DNA of 64,000 nt from Candidatus Multivoradales bacterium. Its GTDB lineage: Bacteria > Acidobacteriota > Thermoanaerobaculia > Multivoradales > J023. The position numbers and the translations under genes are program-made. Numbering within the stretch: position 1 is the stretch's first letter; every line of letters starts with the position of its first letter. The notes under the pieces are model-generated. The model saw nothing but the letters and a program-made list of their open reading frames with translations, ran no database searches and was not told the DNA's origin. Shown here piece after piece: positions 1 through 10,699 of the stretch. The stretch spans positions 4,288,001 to 4,352,000 of the forward strand of contig CBDFLE010000006.1 of assembly GCA_965248925.1 (NCBI GenBank). Direction: 5' to 3'.

Positions 1-3000
1 TCCACCGGCTGATGGCGTCGATCGGCGCCGACGGCCAGGTGCAGGAGCTGGTCGGTCGCTTCCTGTCGCGGCGCGGCAATGCTGAGGATCTCTTCGACCC
101 CGTCGATCCCAACGCCGAGCTGACCCTCAAGGCGGCCGATGGCGGCATTGCCGAGACCTTCCTCGATGGCGACGCCTGGCAGCGGCGCTGGAGCGCCTCC
201 AATCTGTCGACCCATTGGCAGCGAGCCGACGGTGCCCTGGTACACACCACCTCGACCTCGGACACGCTGGCCTGGCTGGGCGAAGTCAGCGACGATCTGG
301 CGGTGGCCTTCGAGCTCTTCCTCGACGACCCGCCGCAGGGCGAGATCGCATTGCAATTCGGTGATGGCTGCCGCATCGGCTGGGATGCCGATGGTGGACA
401 GTGGCAGCTACTCGACGCGGCTGGCACTCAGCTGCAAGGGCCGCTGGGCTCGCCACCGGCGATGGCCAGCCACTGGACGTTGGCGATCAAGGCCCGCTCG
501 CTGATGTTCTGGGGCGATGGCCAGCTGCTCTTCAGCCTGACGGATTGGGCCGCCGGGGCCGCCTCGCCGACTCTGATCAGCGGCCCCAACATGCTGGCGA
601 TCCGCAACCTGGCGGTGTTGCGAACGCCACGGATCTCGGTGTCCTATCTCGACGCCGCCGGCAACCAGCGCCAGGGGCAAGCTTTCCTCGGCGGCGATGC
701 CCAGGTGATCCAAAGCGTCACCGACCCGCTGGGCCGCCAGCTGGCGATCACCAAGGCGGCACCGGCCAGCTTCGGCAGCGGCGCCAGCCAACCCAATCTG
801 CGCTATCGAGAGGGCTTTGTCGACGTGCCGGCTTTCCTCGCCTCCCTCGACACCACCTGGGAGATGCACGGGGATGTGGCCGACTACTGGCGCGGCGGCG
901 GCGAGGCACCCTTCGTGCGCTCTGACGACCAGGGCTATCCCTACACCGGCACCCGCTACATCGACGCCCCTCTCGGCCGTGGGGTAGAGGCCGGGGCGGC
1001 CGGCAAGCCCACCTCGATCCACGATGTCTCGACCACCAGCGAGGCACAGCGGGCAACCACCCAATTCGCTTTCGGGGCCACCGACGACGGCGATTTCTAC
1101 AGCCAGACCACAACCACCTCGCTGAAATCGGTGGCGACGGTCGACGGCAGCATCGCCGGCGACACGGTCGGCGCCGGCATGGTCGACAGCAGCGGTCTGC
1201 CACTGGCTCAAACCCACGCCTGCCGCACCTACAGCGGCGACCCGGCGAGCTTCGTCGGTCAGACCTTCCGGCTACAGCTGCCGAACTCCTTCACCAGCGC
1301 CCCGCAGCAGGACCCGGCGGGCTACGTCGGCGAGGTGCTGCAAGATCCGCTACAGCGCACCACCGAGCGCAGCGATCCCGACAGCGGCACCACCCTCTAC
1401 CTCTACGACCGCGGCGGCGCCCTACGTTTCACCCGGCCACAGCTCGATCCGCAGCTGCCGCCCTACTTCCTCTATGCAAAGTACGACGCCCTCGGCCGCA
1501 CCCTGGAGCAAGGCACCGTCGAGCAAGCCTGGGACGCCATCCTGCTGGCCGACAAGGCGGCCAACGATCCCTCATGGCCAGGCGTCGACAGCCAACCCGC
1601 GGTGCCTTTCACCGTCGTGCGTCGCAACACCTATGACGGCGATGGCGATGAGCCGGAGGCGATCGGCATGCTGGAAGCGACCCTGAGTTGCAACCATCCG
1701 GCCCCTGGGGACTCGACCGAACCAATGACGATGGTGGAAGTCAGCGAGACCTACACCTACGACCGCGGCGGCCAGACCCGCTCGGTCTACTCGGCGACGA
1801 ATACCGGCGAGCCGACCACGGTGTCCTACAGCTACAACAATCTCGGCGAGGTGACCCGAGTCGTCTACCCGGCCGGCTCGCCCCTGGGGCAAGCGGTCTA
1901 CCACTATGACGACCAGGGCCGAGTGGTGGCGATCTCCGAGCACGACGACGGCAGCACACCTCTCCTGCGCTACACCTACAGCCCGGACGGTCAGGTGTGG
2001 CTGGAATCCCAAGGCGATCAGCTGCAGACCGCCTATGGCTACGCTTCGCCGGGTTGGCTGGCGTCGATCGAGACCACCAAGGTTGGCGCCAGCAGCCCCT
2101 GCTTCAGCCTCGGCTACAGCTACAACGCCGACGCCACCCCGCGGCAGCAGAGCGCAACGATGGCCTTCGGCGACGGCGAAGACGGCCAGCAGCTGACCGA
2201 CTACACCTTCGACGGGCTGCGCCGCCTACGCTCGGTGAGTACCCAGGACGGGGCCGACGACACCAGCTTTCCGCTCTACGACGCCAACTGCAATCTGTGG
2301 AAGATAAAGCAGAACGGTGGCACCGTCGAGCTGGTCTGCGAGCCCGGCAGCGATCGCTTGCAGAGCGTCCAGGTGGGCGGCCGGCCGGCGGTGGCGGCGG
2401 CCTACGACGCGGTCGGCCGGATGACCACGGTGCCGGCCGCGGCCGGCGATGGCGGCAGCAGCCAGGTGACCTACGATCCGGGCCTCGGACTGCCGAGCCG
2501 AATCGTTCCCGCCAGCGATGCTGAGGAGGTGCGGCTGATCTACGGTGGCCACGGTCAGCGGGTCAGCAAGACGGTCGATGGTGAGCTGCGCAGCAGCTAT
2601 CTGCACGGCTTGTCGAGCCGGCCACTGGTGCGCATCGACAGCGGCGTCGCCACCGCCTTCGTCTATGGACCGACCGGTCTCGGCGCCTTTGTCCGCGACC
2701 AGCTCTACTTCCCGATCAAGGACGCCACCGGCTCACCGCGGCTGGTGCTGACCGCCGGGGGCGATCTGGTGGCCCGCTACGACTACCATGCCTTCGGCGC
2801 GGAGCTGCTCGCCAGCGGCCCCGATCCGGGGGTGCTGTGGTACCGCTTCGGCGGCCAGGAGCTCGATCCCGAGACCGGCTTCTACAACTACACGGCGCGG
2901 CTCTACGACCCCTTCCTGCGCCGCTTCCACACTCCCGACCCGGCGCGGCAATTCTCCAGTCCTTATGTCTATGCCGGCGACGATCCGCTGAGCATGGTCG

Positions 3001-3980
3001 ACCCGAGCGGCCAGATCTCGGTCTGGGCGCAGGTCGGCATCGGCGCGGCGATGGTCGGGGTGATGGCGGTCGGCTTTCTCCTCACCCCGGCCACCGGTGG
3101 AGCTTCGGATGCCGCGGCGGTGAGTGCCGAGGCGGCTCTGGCGGGGGTCGAGGTAGCGGCGGAGGCCACCGTCGCGGTTGCCGAAGTCTCCGCCGCGGCG
3201 GGCGAGGCAGCGGCAGGTGCGGGCGAGGTGGCGGCCGGCGCGGCGGCCGGTGCGGGCGAGGCAGCCGCCAGCGGCGGTGCCGAGGCCGCGGCAGCGACCG
3301 GAGAAGCAGCGGCAGCGGCGGCCAGCGAATCGACCGCCGCCGTTGGCGAGGCGGCCGGTGAGGCCGGCGCGGCGGCGGCGGGCGAGTCGGGGGCGGCCAG
3401 CTCGGCGGCCAGCTCGCTGGCGCAGAACGCTACCTACGTCGGCAAGATGGTCGGCGGCTCTGCCCTCTGGAGCGCCGGCTCCTCGGGTCTGAAATACGAC
3501 ATCCAACACGGTCGCGACTTCACCGCCAAGGGTTTCGCCGCGGCGGTTGGCCTGGGCGCCATCACCGGCGCGGTCTCGGGAGGGGTCAAGGGAATGCTGA
3601 CCATGCCGGTCTCGATGGCCTCGGTGTCGGAGCGCTTTGGCCTCGGCAAGGCCGGGGTGGCGGTCTACAAAGTGCTGGCCTCGGGTGTCGCCGGTGCGGT
3701 GTCGAGCGATGTCTCGACGGTGCTGACCAACTACGCCCAAGGCAACAGCCTGAGCTCGGGGCTGCTCAGCTCGACGGTGTCGGGATTCACCAGCAGCGCC
3801 AGCAGCAACATGACGTCGCAAGCGTTCTCGGCGGTTGCCGGTACGGCCAAGGTGTCGAGCGTGGTCGACAAGTTGAAACAGCTAGCCACCTCGCAGGATG
3901 CCTACATGGTCTACATGACCACCGGCTCGCTGCTAGTCGGCGGCTATGCCATCTGGGGAGCGGCGGAATACAGCGACTGA
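1..3980 (+). CDS. RHS/YD-repeat protein (5' end outside window) with Ala/Gly/Glu-rich linker and hydrophobic Gly/Ala-rich C-terminus
   Basis: YD-like repeats (YDALGR, YDRGG, YDDQGR, YDAVGR). RHS core RFGGQELDPETGFYNYTARLYDP...PYVYAGDDPLSMVDPSG. Frame is open back to the window start. Confidence 0.9.
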   Translation, partial: HRLMASIGADGQVQELVGRFLSRRGNAEDLFDPVDPNAELTLKAADGGIAETFLDGDAWQRRWSASNLSTHWQRADGALVHTTSTSDTLAWLGEVSDDLAVAFELFLDDPPQGEIALQFGDGCRIGWDADGGQWQLLDAAGTQLQGPLGSPPAMASHWTLAIKARSLMFWGDGQLLFSLTDWAAGAASPTLISGPNMLAIRNLAVLRTPRISVSYLDAAGNQRQGQAFLGGDAQVIQSVTDPLGRQLAITKAAPASFGSGASQPNLRYREGFVDVPAFLASLDTTWEMHGDVADYWRGGGEAPFVRSDDQGYPYTGTRYIDAPLGRGVEAGAAGKPTSIHDVSTTSEAQRATTQFAFGATDDGDFYSQTTTTSLKSVATVDGSIAGDTVGAGMVDSSGLPLAQTHACRTYSGDPASFVGQTFRLQLPNSFTSAPQQDPAGYVGEVLQDPLQRTTERSDPDSGTTLYLYDRGGALRFTRPQLDPQLPPYFLYAKYDALGRTLEQGTVEQAWDAILLADKAANDPSWPGVDSQPAVPFTVVRRNTYDGDGDEPEAIGMLEATLSCNHPAPGDSTEPMTMVEVSETYTYDRGGQTRSVYSATNTGEPTTVSYSYNNLGEVTRVVYPAGSPLGQAVYHYDDQGRVVAISEHDDGSTPLLRYTYSPDGQVWLESQGDQLQTAYGYASPGWLASIETTKVGASSPCFSLGYSYNADATPRQQSATMAFGDGEDGQQLTDYTFDGLRRLRSVSTQDGADDTSFPLYDANCNLWKIKQNGGTVELVCEPGSDRLQSVQVGGRPAVAAAYDAVGRMTTVPAAAGDGGSSQVTYDPGLGLPSRIVPASDAEEVRLIYGGHGQRVSKTVDGELRSSYLHGLSSRPLVRIDSGVATAFVYGPTGLGAFVRDQLYFPIKDATGSPRLVLTAGGDLVARYDYHAFGAELLASGPDPGVLWYRFGGQELDPETGFYNYTARLYDPFLRRFHTPDPARQFSSPYVYAGDDPLSMVDPSGQISVWAQVGIGAAMVGVMAVGFLLTPATGGASDAAAVSAEAALAGVEVAAEATVAVAEVSAAAGEAAAGAGEVAAGAAAGAGEAAASGGAEAAAATGEAAAAAASESTAAVGEAAGEAGAAAAGESGAASSAASSLAQNATYVGKMVGGSALWSAGSSGLKYDIQHGRDFTAKGFAAAVGLGAITGAVSGGVKGMLTMPVSMASVSERFGLGKAGVAVYKVLASGVAGAVSSDVSTVLTNYAQGNSLSSGLLSSTVSGFTSSASSNMTSQAFSAVAGTAKVSSVVDKLKQLATSQDAYMVYMTTGSLLVGGYAIWGAAEYSD

Positions 3981-4038
3981 GAATGGCTCACTCAATCACT
4001 CAACCCAACTATTCAAACCAGCTACTGTGGAGACCCTG

Positions 4039-5433
4039 ATGCACACACCAGCCCCTAGCGTCCAGACCGCCAGCAGCACCGCCACGCCGTTCTCTGACAC
4101 CCTTTTCAAAGCCACCCACAACTCCTATTCTGGCGGCAGTCGAGGCTCGATTCCCGAGCAGCTCGACGCCGGGGTGCGCTTCATCGAACTCGACATCAAC
4201 GACGATGATTTCGCATCGATCGGCGACTACCGGATCGGTCACGGCAGACCCGGCTCCTCGGTTTACCACGGCGGTGGCAATCCAGCGAGCAACCTGTTCA
4301 GCGATTGGTTGCAGATGATCGTGCAGTGGTCGGTGGACCATCCAGGCCACGCGCCGATCACCCTCGGCCTCGACATGAAGAACAATCTCTCTTCGGTCGA
4401 TTCGCCGGCCGAGGGCAATCTCTCAGCACTGAACGAGCTGGTGGCCGAGAACCTCGGCAGCCTGCTCTTCACCTCGACCGCGCTGGGCGACGCCGAGTGG
4501 CCCACCACCACGACTCTGAACGACCGCATCATGGTGGTGTTGTCGGGCAACGAGTCCTCGCGCAAGGCCTATCTCAGCGACCAGGGAAAGACCCCAGCGG
4601 TGGCGATCAATGGCACCGGCTGGGTGGTGGAGGTACACAAGTCGCAGGTCAACTCGGGCCTGTGGTACTGGACTGGTCGCTATGGCGACGACGGCCTGAT
4701 CAGCTGGCTGGCCCACGGCAAGATGGCCACGGGCTCGACACCAGCGGTGGCCATCAACAACGCTGGTCAGGTGGTGCTGACTTACGAGGATCGCGGCCAT
4801 ATCTACAGCTGCGTCGGCCTGCTGGGCGACCAAGGGGCGATCTCCTGGGGTGATGCGACCCGGTTCGCCAATGGCAACGCACCATCCCTCGCCTTCACCG
4901 ATCTTGATTCGAATCAGATCGTCGAGATCCACCAAGGCGACAGCGGCAACCAGCAGGTGGTCGGCACCATCGGCACGGGCTTGTGGGTCGGCTGGGGGGA
5001 GCCGACGGCGACTTCCAAGCAGCGCTTCCCCACCACCTCGGCAAGCTCCGGCGGTGACGCGGTGAGCGTCACCACCGGCACCGACTCTGCAGGTACCGAT
5101 GACACTCTGCTGTACTCGACCCCAGCGGTTCAGCAGCAGCGCATCCGCTACCAGCAGCTCTGCTTCGTCGAGTTCCAGAAGGGCAACGCCCATCAGCTGG
5201 AGAACGACCGGCTGTGGTTCTACGCCGCCAGTGCCAGCTCAGGCAACTTGAGCTGGGCCGGCGAACAGCGCAGTGCCGGCAAGATCGTCCGCCTGTGGGG
5301 CTTTGGCGATGACGACACCAGCGTCAACCCACCGATCAACTTCCCGGCCACCGATACGCCGTATGAGACTTGGTATCTCAATTACTGTGAAGTGATCGGC
5401 ACCGACGAAGCTCTCCTAGAAGTGATCTCCTAG
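4039..5433 (+). CDS. PI-PLC-like phosphodiesterase with inserted beta-repeat domain
   Basis: KATHNSY...EQLDAGVRFIELDI...IGHG...HAPITLGLDMK matches the PLC-like X-box. Three TPAVAIN/APSLAF-type repeats follow. GGAG precedes ATG 4039. Confidence 0.7.
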   Translation: MHTPAPSVQTASSTATPFSDTLFKATHNSYSGGSRGSIPEQLDAGVRFIELDINDDDFASIGDYRIGHGRPGSSVYHGGGNPASNLFSDWLQMIVQWSVDHPGHAPITLGLDMKNNLSSVDSPAEGNLSALNELVAENLGSLLFTSTALGDAEWPTTTTLNDRIMVVLSGNESSRKAYLSDQGKTPAVAINGTGWVVEVHKSQVNSGLWYWTGRYGDDGLISWLAHGKMATGSTPAVAINNAGQVVLTYEDRGHIYSCVGLLGDQGAISWGDATRFANGNAPSLAFTDLDSNQIVEIHQGDSGNQQVVGTIGTGLWVGWGEPTATSKQRFPTTSASSGGDAVSVTTGTDSAGTDDTLLYSTPAVQQQRIRYQQLCFVEFQKGNAHQLENDRLWFYAASASSGNLSWAGEQRSAGKIVRLWGFGDDDTSVNPPINFPATDTPYETWYLNYCEVIGTDEALLEVIS

Positions 5434-5679
5434 AAGTGCCAGACGAATCCTGAAAAAGCTCAACTACGGGCCTTTATATTCCCGAAACCCATGCTTGGTG
5501 AGGTCACCGAGAAGGTCCTGATGAGGCTTCCTTGCCGGTACGCGCCCAGGAGAACCCTTAAAGAGGCGAAGGGACAGCTATACGAGCAGCCCATGGCGAC
5601 CAGCAACCGCTCGTTGGATATCCTGCAGGTCCTGTCGGTAGTCCGCCCCGGTAGCGGCGGCGGCACTCGATTTGGACAC

Positions 5680-6621
5680 CTATCCAGGCACCAGAGACTC
5701 AATCGGCCGAACAAAGGGCATCGCGGGAGGAAAGCTACCCTCTGGATAGCCGACGGCGTGATGACCCGCCCGCCGACGTTCTGTCGCGAGGCGAAAAGCG
5801 GCAACGAACTCAGAATAAGCTCTCTCTAGGCGTCGCCGCTGGCGTCGGTCCCAGGGATGAAAACGAGGTGTCGGCGATCTTTTGGTTTGGTTCGGCCGAT
5901 AGTGAGGGTGAACTCTCCTGGCCCCACGCGGGCCACTTGATTCGGTTCCTCGTTTAGCATGCATGGCCAGGGTTTGCTCTTCGATCTCCTCGACCAGGGA
6001 GCGCACTCGGCTCTGCCGCTCTATAGCCGGAAGGTGTCGCCAGCATGGCAAGGGTTCTAGCAAGACCTCCAGTTCCGTGGCAAATGCTCCCAGGGCAGGA
6101 TCTTCTTTCCGCTGATAAGCGGCGAATTCCCGACTGCGATCGAACCAAGTACCACGCAGCGGCTCGCCGGTCAGCAGCGCGATGACTGAGTTAACGCCGG
6201 GCCAATCGCCAGGAGAGTAGACAACACCTTCTTTAGCACCATGACTCAGCAGGTATCGCAGCCGAGCGATCTGGGCTGCGGGCTCGTCGCTGACCGTGAT
6301 CGAGGAGTACCGCCGTCCCCAGATTTTCTCCCGCCAACCGGTGGCGCGACCGATCTCGTGAGCTATCTTGGAGCCGAAGTAGCCCTGGAAACGGGACAAC
6401 TGTAGGGCGCTGTCGACTTCAAACAAGAGATGGGAATGGTTGCTGAGCACGACCGCGCAGACAATTCTCACTCCGTATCGCCGCTTGGCGACGGCGAGGG
6501 TGCCGACGATCATCTCGTTGAAGGTGCGGCTCGGTCGCAGCAGCATGCGGCCTTGCACGATTCTGCAGGTGCTTTCGACTAGGGTTCCCGGTTCTGCGAT
6601 ATAGCGAAGTTTTCTTGGCAT
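5680..6621 (-). mobile_element. REP-associated tyrosine (Y1/HUH, RAYT-like) transposase
   Basis: MPRKLR start, VVLSNHSHLL HUH motif, W-x-x-RY-x-S, RYLLSHG-x-K, DWPG. AAAGGAG RBS upstream of ATG 6621. Confidence 0.8.
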
Positions 6622-6782
6622 TGTTGATCTCCTTTCAATGAAAGGAAACGCGAAACGCTCGGCCAATCTTGCTGCCGAGTGAGAGAAAATTAGACGGGTT
6701 TCGCGAGCCGACTAGGCGGATCTCAAGAGCTTCGGATCAAGATTAACCATACAAAGTAGACCTTAACTTGCAATAGGACTGG

Positions 6783-7193
6783 TCAATCGTCGCCGCTGAC
6801 GATCGCTTCGGCCTCGATCTCCACTCTCCACTGGGGATCGAGCAGCCCGGCGACGACCACCATGGTCGCGGCCGGGTCGGTGCCGCGAAAGAACTCGCCG
6901 TGGGCTTGGCCGACTTGGCGCCAATCTTCAGCATCGAGCAGGAAGATACGGGTGCGCACCACGTTGCTGGCGTTGCCACCGAGGGCTTCAACAGCCTCGA
7001 TGATGATCTCGAAACAGCGCCGGGCTTGCTGATATGCGTCGCCAGCGACGGTTTCACCGTCGGTGCCGATCGGCGCGGTGCCCGATACCAGGATGCGATC
7101 GCCCTGGCGCAGGGCGCGGCAGAAACTGATCTCGGCTTCGTAGGGTGAGGCGGAGCGATAGTGTTGCCGACCCTGACGGTGGCGACGGTTCAT
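6783..7193 (-). CDS. RidA/YjgF/UK114 family protein
   Basis: SPYEAEISFCRA...VSGTAP...NVVRTRIF...HGEFF...PAATMVVVAGLLDP.WRVEIEAEA. ATG 7193 overlaps the upstream TGA (ATGA). Confidence 0.9.
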   Translation of the reverse strand: MNRRHRQGRQHYRSASPYEAEISFCRALRQGDRILVSGTAPIGTDGETVAGDAYQQARRCFEIIIEAVEALGGNASNVVRTRIFLLDAEDWRQVGQAHGEFFRGTDPAATMVVVAGLLDPQWRVEIEAEAIVSGDD

Positions 7194-7891
7194 GTGGTGC
7201 GTTTGGTGCGGGCAGCCCGAATCCAGCCTCTGACCGAGTTGATCAGCATCACCCGGTTGGCGCTGAAGAGCATCTCGCGCGACAGCACGGCCTCGCGCAG
7301 CCGGCCGCGGTCGAGCAGCTCCTGGCGGTAGGTGCCGGGCAGCAGGCCACTGCTGGCGGCGGGGGTCAACCATTCGCCGTCGATTTCTAACGCCAGATTG
7401 GTACGGGTACCCTCGGTGAGTTCTTCGCGCTCGTTCCAAAGGGCCACTTCGTCGACCTCGGGCGAGCGGCCGCGGGCCTCGTCATAAGTCTGGCGCTGGG
7501 TGGTCTTGTGCTGCAAGAAAGGGTCTTCGGAGGACACAGCGCGGTCATCCAAAGTCACTGTCCAGGGCCGCTGGCTGTGGCTGGCGAGGGGCTCGGCCGT
7601 GATCTCATGGTTCCCTCCGCTGGCGACCACCAGACGTACTCGATGGGCCTTTGCCGGTAGCTCGCGCGAGACCTCAGCGAGGTCTGCCCGCAGGTCGCTG
7701 AGGACGGCCGCGAAGTCGAAATAGCGGGCCGAGTCCATCAATCGGCGGAGATGGCGCTCGAGTAGAAAATAGCCGGTGCGCGGTCGCCACAGCAGGGTCT
7801 CCAGGAGTTTGAAAGACGTGCCGGTCTCGGCGCTGGGCTTGGTTTCGATCACGCTGTTTGGGTTACGACGGTAGCCTGAGAATCGCTGCAC
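7190..7891 (-). CDS. Aminotransferase class IV (4-amino-4-deoxychorismate lyase-like); start may be GTG 7852
   Basis: LLETL...HLRRL..SA.YF, HKTT.R..Y, NEREELTEG...N, SGLLPGT.R, INSVRG. Confidence 0.85.
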   Translation of the reverse strand: MQRFSGYRRNPNSVIETKPSAETGTSFKLLETLLWRPRTGYFLLERHLRRLMDSARYFDFAAVLSDLRADLAEVSRELPAKAHRVRLVVASGGNHEITAEPLASHSQRPWTVTLDDRAVSSEDPFLQHKTTQRQTYDEARGRSPEVDEVALWNEREELTEGTRTNLALEIDGEWLTPAASSGLLPGTYRQELLDRGRLREAVLSREMLFSANRVMLINSVRGWIRAARTKRTT

Positions 7892-9164
7892 AGCCCCCGT
7901 CGGGTCGATTGCGCAGCTCTAAGGAGCCGCCGTGAGCCTCGGCGATCTGGCGGCAGAGTACCAGTCCTATGCCAGTTCCTTCCGGTTTGGTGGTGAAAAA
8001 AGGCACGAAAAGATTCTCGGTGCTAGACAGGCCAGGGCCTCGGTCAAGCACTTGCAACTGCAAATGGGCACCTTTCAGGCGCCAGACGACCGCCACTTCA
8101 CCTGCTGTTTCTGCTGCTGCTTCGACCGCATTCTTGACCAGGTTGATCAGCAGCTGTTCCAGTTGATCCGGGTCCGCTTGCAGGGCCAGGTCCGGGCCGC
8201 CGTCGAGACGTACTTGGCGGTTGGGTTCGAGTGCCAAGACCCGGTTCACCAAGGAAGCGACGGACGTGCGGCGGAGATGCGGCGAAGGCAATCTGGCAAG
8301 GCGCGAGTAGGCGGCGACGAAGCGATTCAGCGCTTCACTGCGCTGGGCGATGATGCGCAGGCCGCGCTGGGTGTCTTCGCGCCAGTCTGTCGGCAACTGA
8401 GCTCGGCGTAGCAGCGAAGCCAGGGTGGAGGCAGTGGACTTGATCGGTGCGAGGGAGTTGTTGAGTTCGTGGCTGAGTACTCGGATCAGTTTCTGCCAGG
8501 CTTGCCGCTCCTCGTCGCGCAACGCTTTCGACAGATCGGTCAATACCACCAGCTGGTGTGGCAGCCCACCTTCGCGAAAAGCGCCGCGACGGCTCTGCCA
8601 ACGGCCGGAGCCGCCGGCAAAGGAGCGCTCAAAGGTGCGCACCGCCTCGCCGGTCAGGCAGTCGTCGAGCCCGAGTTCTTGAGCGGTGTGATTTAGCAGC
8701 TGCTCGCGGCGGCGAGCCAGCAAGCGCTCACCGGCGCGGTTGACCAACCGTAGCACCTGTCCCTCGTCGAAGGTGAACAGGGCTACGTCGACCTCGCTGA
8801 TCACCCGTTCGAGCAGTTGGGCCGCGTCGACCGCGCGGAAGCGCTGGCGGCGCAGGATGTCGCCGAGATGATTGACCTCGACCATCACCTCGCCGAGCGC
8901 GTCGCGCGGCCCAGGACTGTTGGCGCGGATCGAATAGTCGCCTTCGCGCAGGGCTTCGATCAGGTTGGCCAGGGTTCGCAGTGGTTTGATGGTGCGCTCG
9001 CGGGCGGCCAGCGCGCAGCCCAACCAACAGCTGCCGACCACCAACGCCACGGTCCAGACCAGCCGCGGTGGATAGGAGCCTGACCACAGCAAGTAGGTCG
9101 AGACCACCGCTCCTGGCAAGCCGGCGCCCAAGGCGAGAAGGAAAATGCGTCTTTGGTGGGTCAT
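7863..9164 (-). CDS. Membrane sensor histidine kinase (NtrY-like)
   Basis: Two TM helices, H-box LIRVLSHELNNSLAPI, N-box INLVKNA, D-x-G-x-G, FVPFFTTK, GTGIGL. Confidence 0.93.
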   Translation of the reverse strand: MTHQRRIFLLALGAGLPGAVVSTYLLWSGSYPPRLVWTVALVVGSCWLGCALAARERTIKPLRTLANLIEALREGDYSIRANSPGPRDALGEVMVEVNHLGDILRRQRFRAVDAAQLLERVISEVDVALFTFDEGQVLRLVNRAGERLLARRREQLLNHTAQELGLDDCLTGEAVRTFERSFAGGSGRWQSRRGAFREGGLPHQLVVLTDLSKALRDEERQAWQKLIRVLSHELNNSLAPIKSTASTLASLLRRAQLPTDWREDTQRGLRIIAQRSEALNRFVAAYSRLARLPSPHLRRTSVASLVNRVLALEPNRQVRLDGGPDLALQADPDQLEQLLINLVKNAVEAAAETAGEVAVVWRLKGAHLQLQVLDRGPGLSSTENLFVPFFTTKPEGTGIGLVLCRQIAEAHGGSLELRNRPDGGCAAILRLPS

Positions 9165-10576
9165 CGGCTCGCCGACAGGCCGAGCTTGTCTAACCGCCGG
9201 TAAAGCGCGCTGCGGCTCAAGCCGAGAGCATGGGCGGCCTCGGTAACGTTGCCCTCGGTGCGCTCCAGACCGCGTTCGATCAGCACCCGTTCGGCTTCCT
9301 CGAGGGTCATCTCGTCGAGTCGTTTGGTCTCCGACGCAGCGGTCAAGCCGAGATCGGCGGACTCGATCTGGGGGCCGGCGGCCATCAACACCGCTCGCTC
9401 CAGCACATGGCTGAGCTCACGAACATTCCCCGGCCAGGAATGCTCTCGCAGCTGGGCCAAGGCGCCGGCGGCGAGTTGCCGGATAGGTTGGCGGTAGCGT
9501 TGGGCGTGCTGGGCCAGGAAATGCTCCGCCAGCGGCCGCAGGTCGGCACTTCGCTCGCGCAGCGGTGGCAGGTGGATCTGCACCGTCTTGAGGCGGAAAA
9601 GCAAATCGCGCCGGAAGCGGTCAGCCGCCACTTCGGCCTCGATGTCGGCATTGGTGGCGGCGATGATCCGGGCGTCGGAACGCAGCGTCTTGGAGGAGCC
9701 GACGCGCTCGAATTCGCCACTCTCCAACACCCGCAACAATCGGGTCTGCTGCGATGGTCGGATGTTGGCGACCTCGTCGAGAAATAGCGTTCCGCCGCTG
9801 GCCAGCTCGAAGCGACCCACCCGGTCACTCTTGGCGTCGGTGAAGGCGCCGCGAACATGGCCGAAGAGTTCGCTCTCGAACACCGTCTCCGCCAACCCCC
9901 CCAGGTTGACTGTGATCAGCGGACCCGTTCGTCGGCGGGAGAGCTGATGCAGGGCTTTCGCCAGCAAGCTCTTGCCGGTGCCGTTCTCGCCGGTCAGCAG
10001 TACGTTGGCGTCGGTAGGGCCGATACGCTCAAGAAGTTCCAGGACTGGCGCCATGGCGGCCGAGCCGGCGATCAGGTCAGGATGAGGAGCGCCGCGTAGC
10101 AGGCGGTTCTCTGCTTCCAGGCGGACGCCGCGGCGTAGGGTGCGGGCGACCTCGGTCTGGATACGTAGGATGCTGACCAGACGCTCGTTGTCCCACGGTT
10201 TTTCAACCAGGTCGCGAGCGCCACGACGTATTGCCTCGACCGCCAGACCGACGCTGGCCCAGGCGGTCATTACCACCACCGGGAGTTCTTGATCGAGCGC
10301 TTGAATGCGGTCGAGCAAGTGCAGCCCCTCTTCGCCAGAGGTGGTGTCGCGAGTGTAGTTAAGGTCGATCAGCACGACATCGAACTCGACTTCGCCTATG
10401 CGCTCGATCAGGGCGTTGGGAGAGGCCACGGTGACTATGGAGAAGCCTTCGGTCTTGAGCAGCAAGCGGAGCGACTCGCGGATGTCGTCTTGATCGTCGG
10501 CCACCAACACCCGCGGCGCAAGGGTGGATCGTCGACTGCTGCTGGCGGCGCTCTTGGTGGGGTTGGGCTGGTTCAT
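9161..10576 (-). CDS. Sigma54-dependent NtrC-family response regulator
   Basis: Receiver (VADD, DLNY), Walker A GENGTGKS, ESELFGH, GAFTDA, WPGNVREL, Fis-type HTH. Confidence 0.95.
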   Translation of the reverse strand: MNQPNPTKSAASSSRRSTLAPRVLVADDQDDIRESLRLLLKTEGFSIVTVASPNALIERIGEVEFDVVLIDLNYTRDTTSGEEGLHLLDRIQALDQELPVVVMTAWASVGLAVEAIRRGARDLVEKPWDNERLVSILRIQTEVARTLRRGVRLEAENRLLRGAPHPDLIAGSAAMAPVLELLERIGPTDANVLLTGENGTGKSLLAKALHQLSRRRTGPLITVNLGGLAETVFESELFGHVRGAFTDAKSDRVGRFELASGGTLFLDEVANIRPSQQTRLLRVLESGEFERVGSSKTLRSDARIIAATNADIEAEVAADRFRRDLLFRLKTVQIHLPPLRERSADLRPLAEHFLAQHAQRYRQPIRQLAAGALAQLREHSWPGNVRELSHVLERAVLMAAGPQIESADLGLTAASETKRLDEMTLEEAERVLIERGLERTEGNVTEAAHALGLSRSALYRRLDKLGLSASR

Positions 10577-10699
10577 TGCGGGCTCCTGCGGCGTTGTTCG
10601 CCGCGGCCCATTCTACAGCCGTGGAGCGGTGGAGGGAGGACCGACCAACCTGGAGCTGGTCGGTCCCTATTCTGAGGAAATGTGGAAGCTTTGTTGTAG

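Noticed and set aside
6742-6769. Chromosomal dif site
   Set aside because: Only the XerD-like arm resembles the consensus; kept only as a possible transposon-end hairpin
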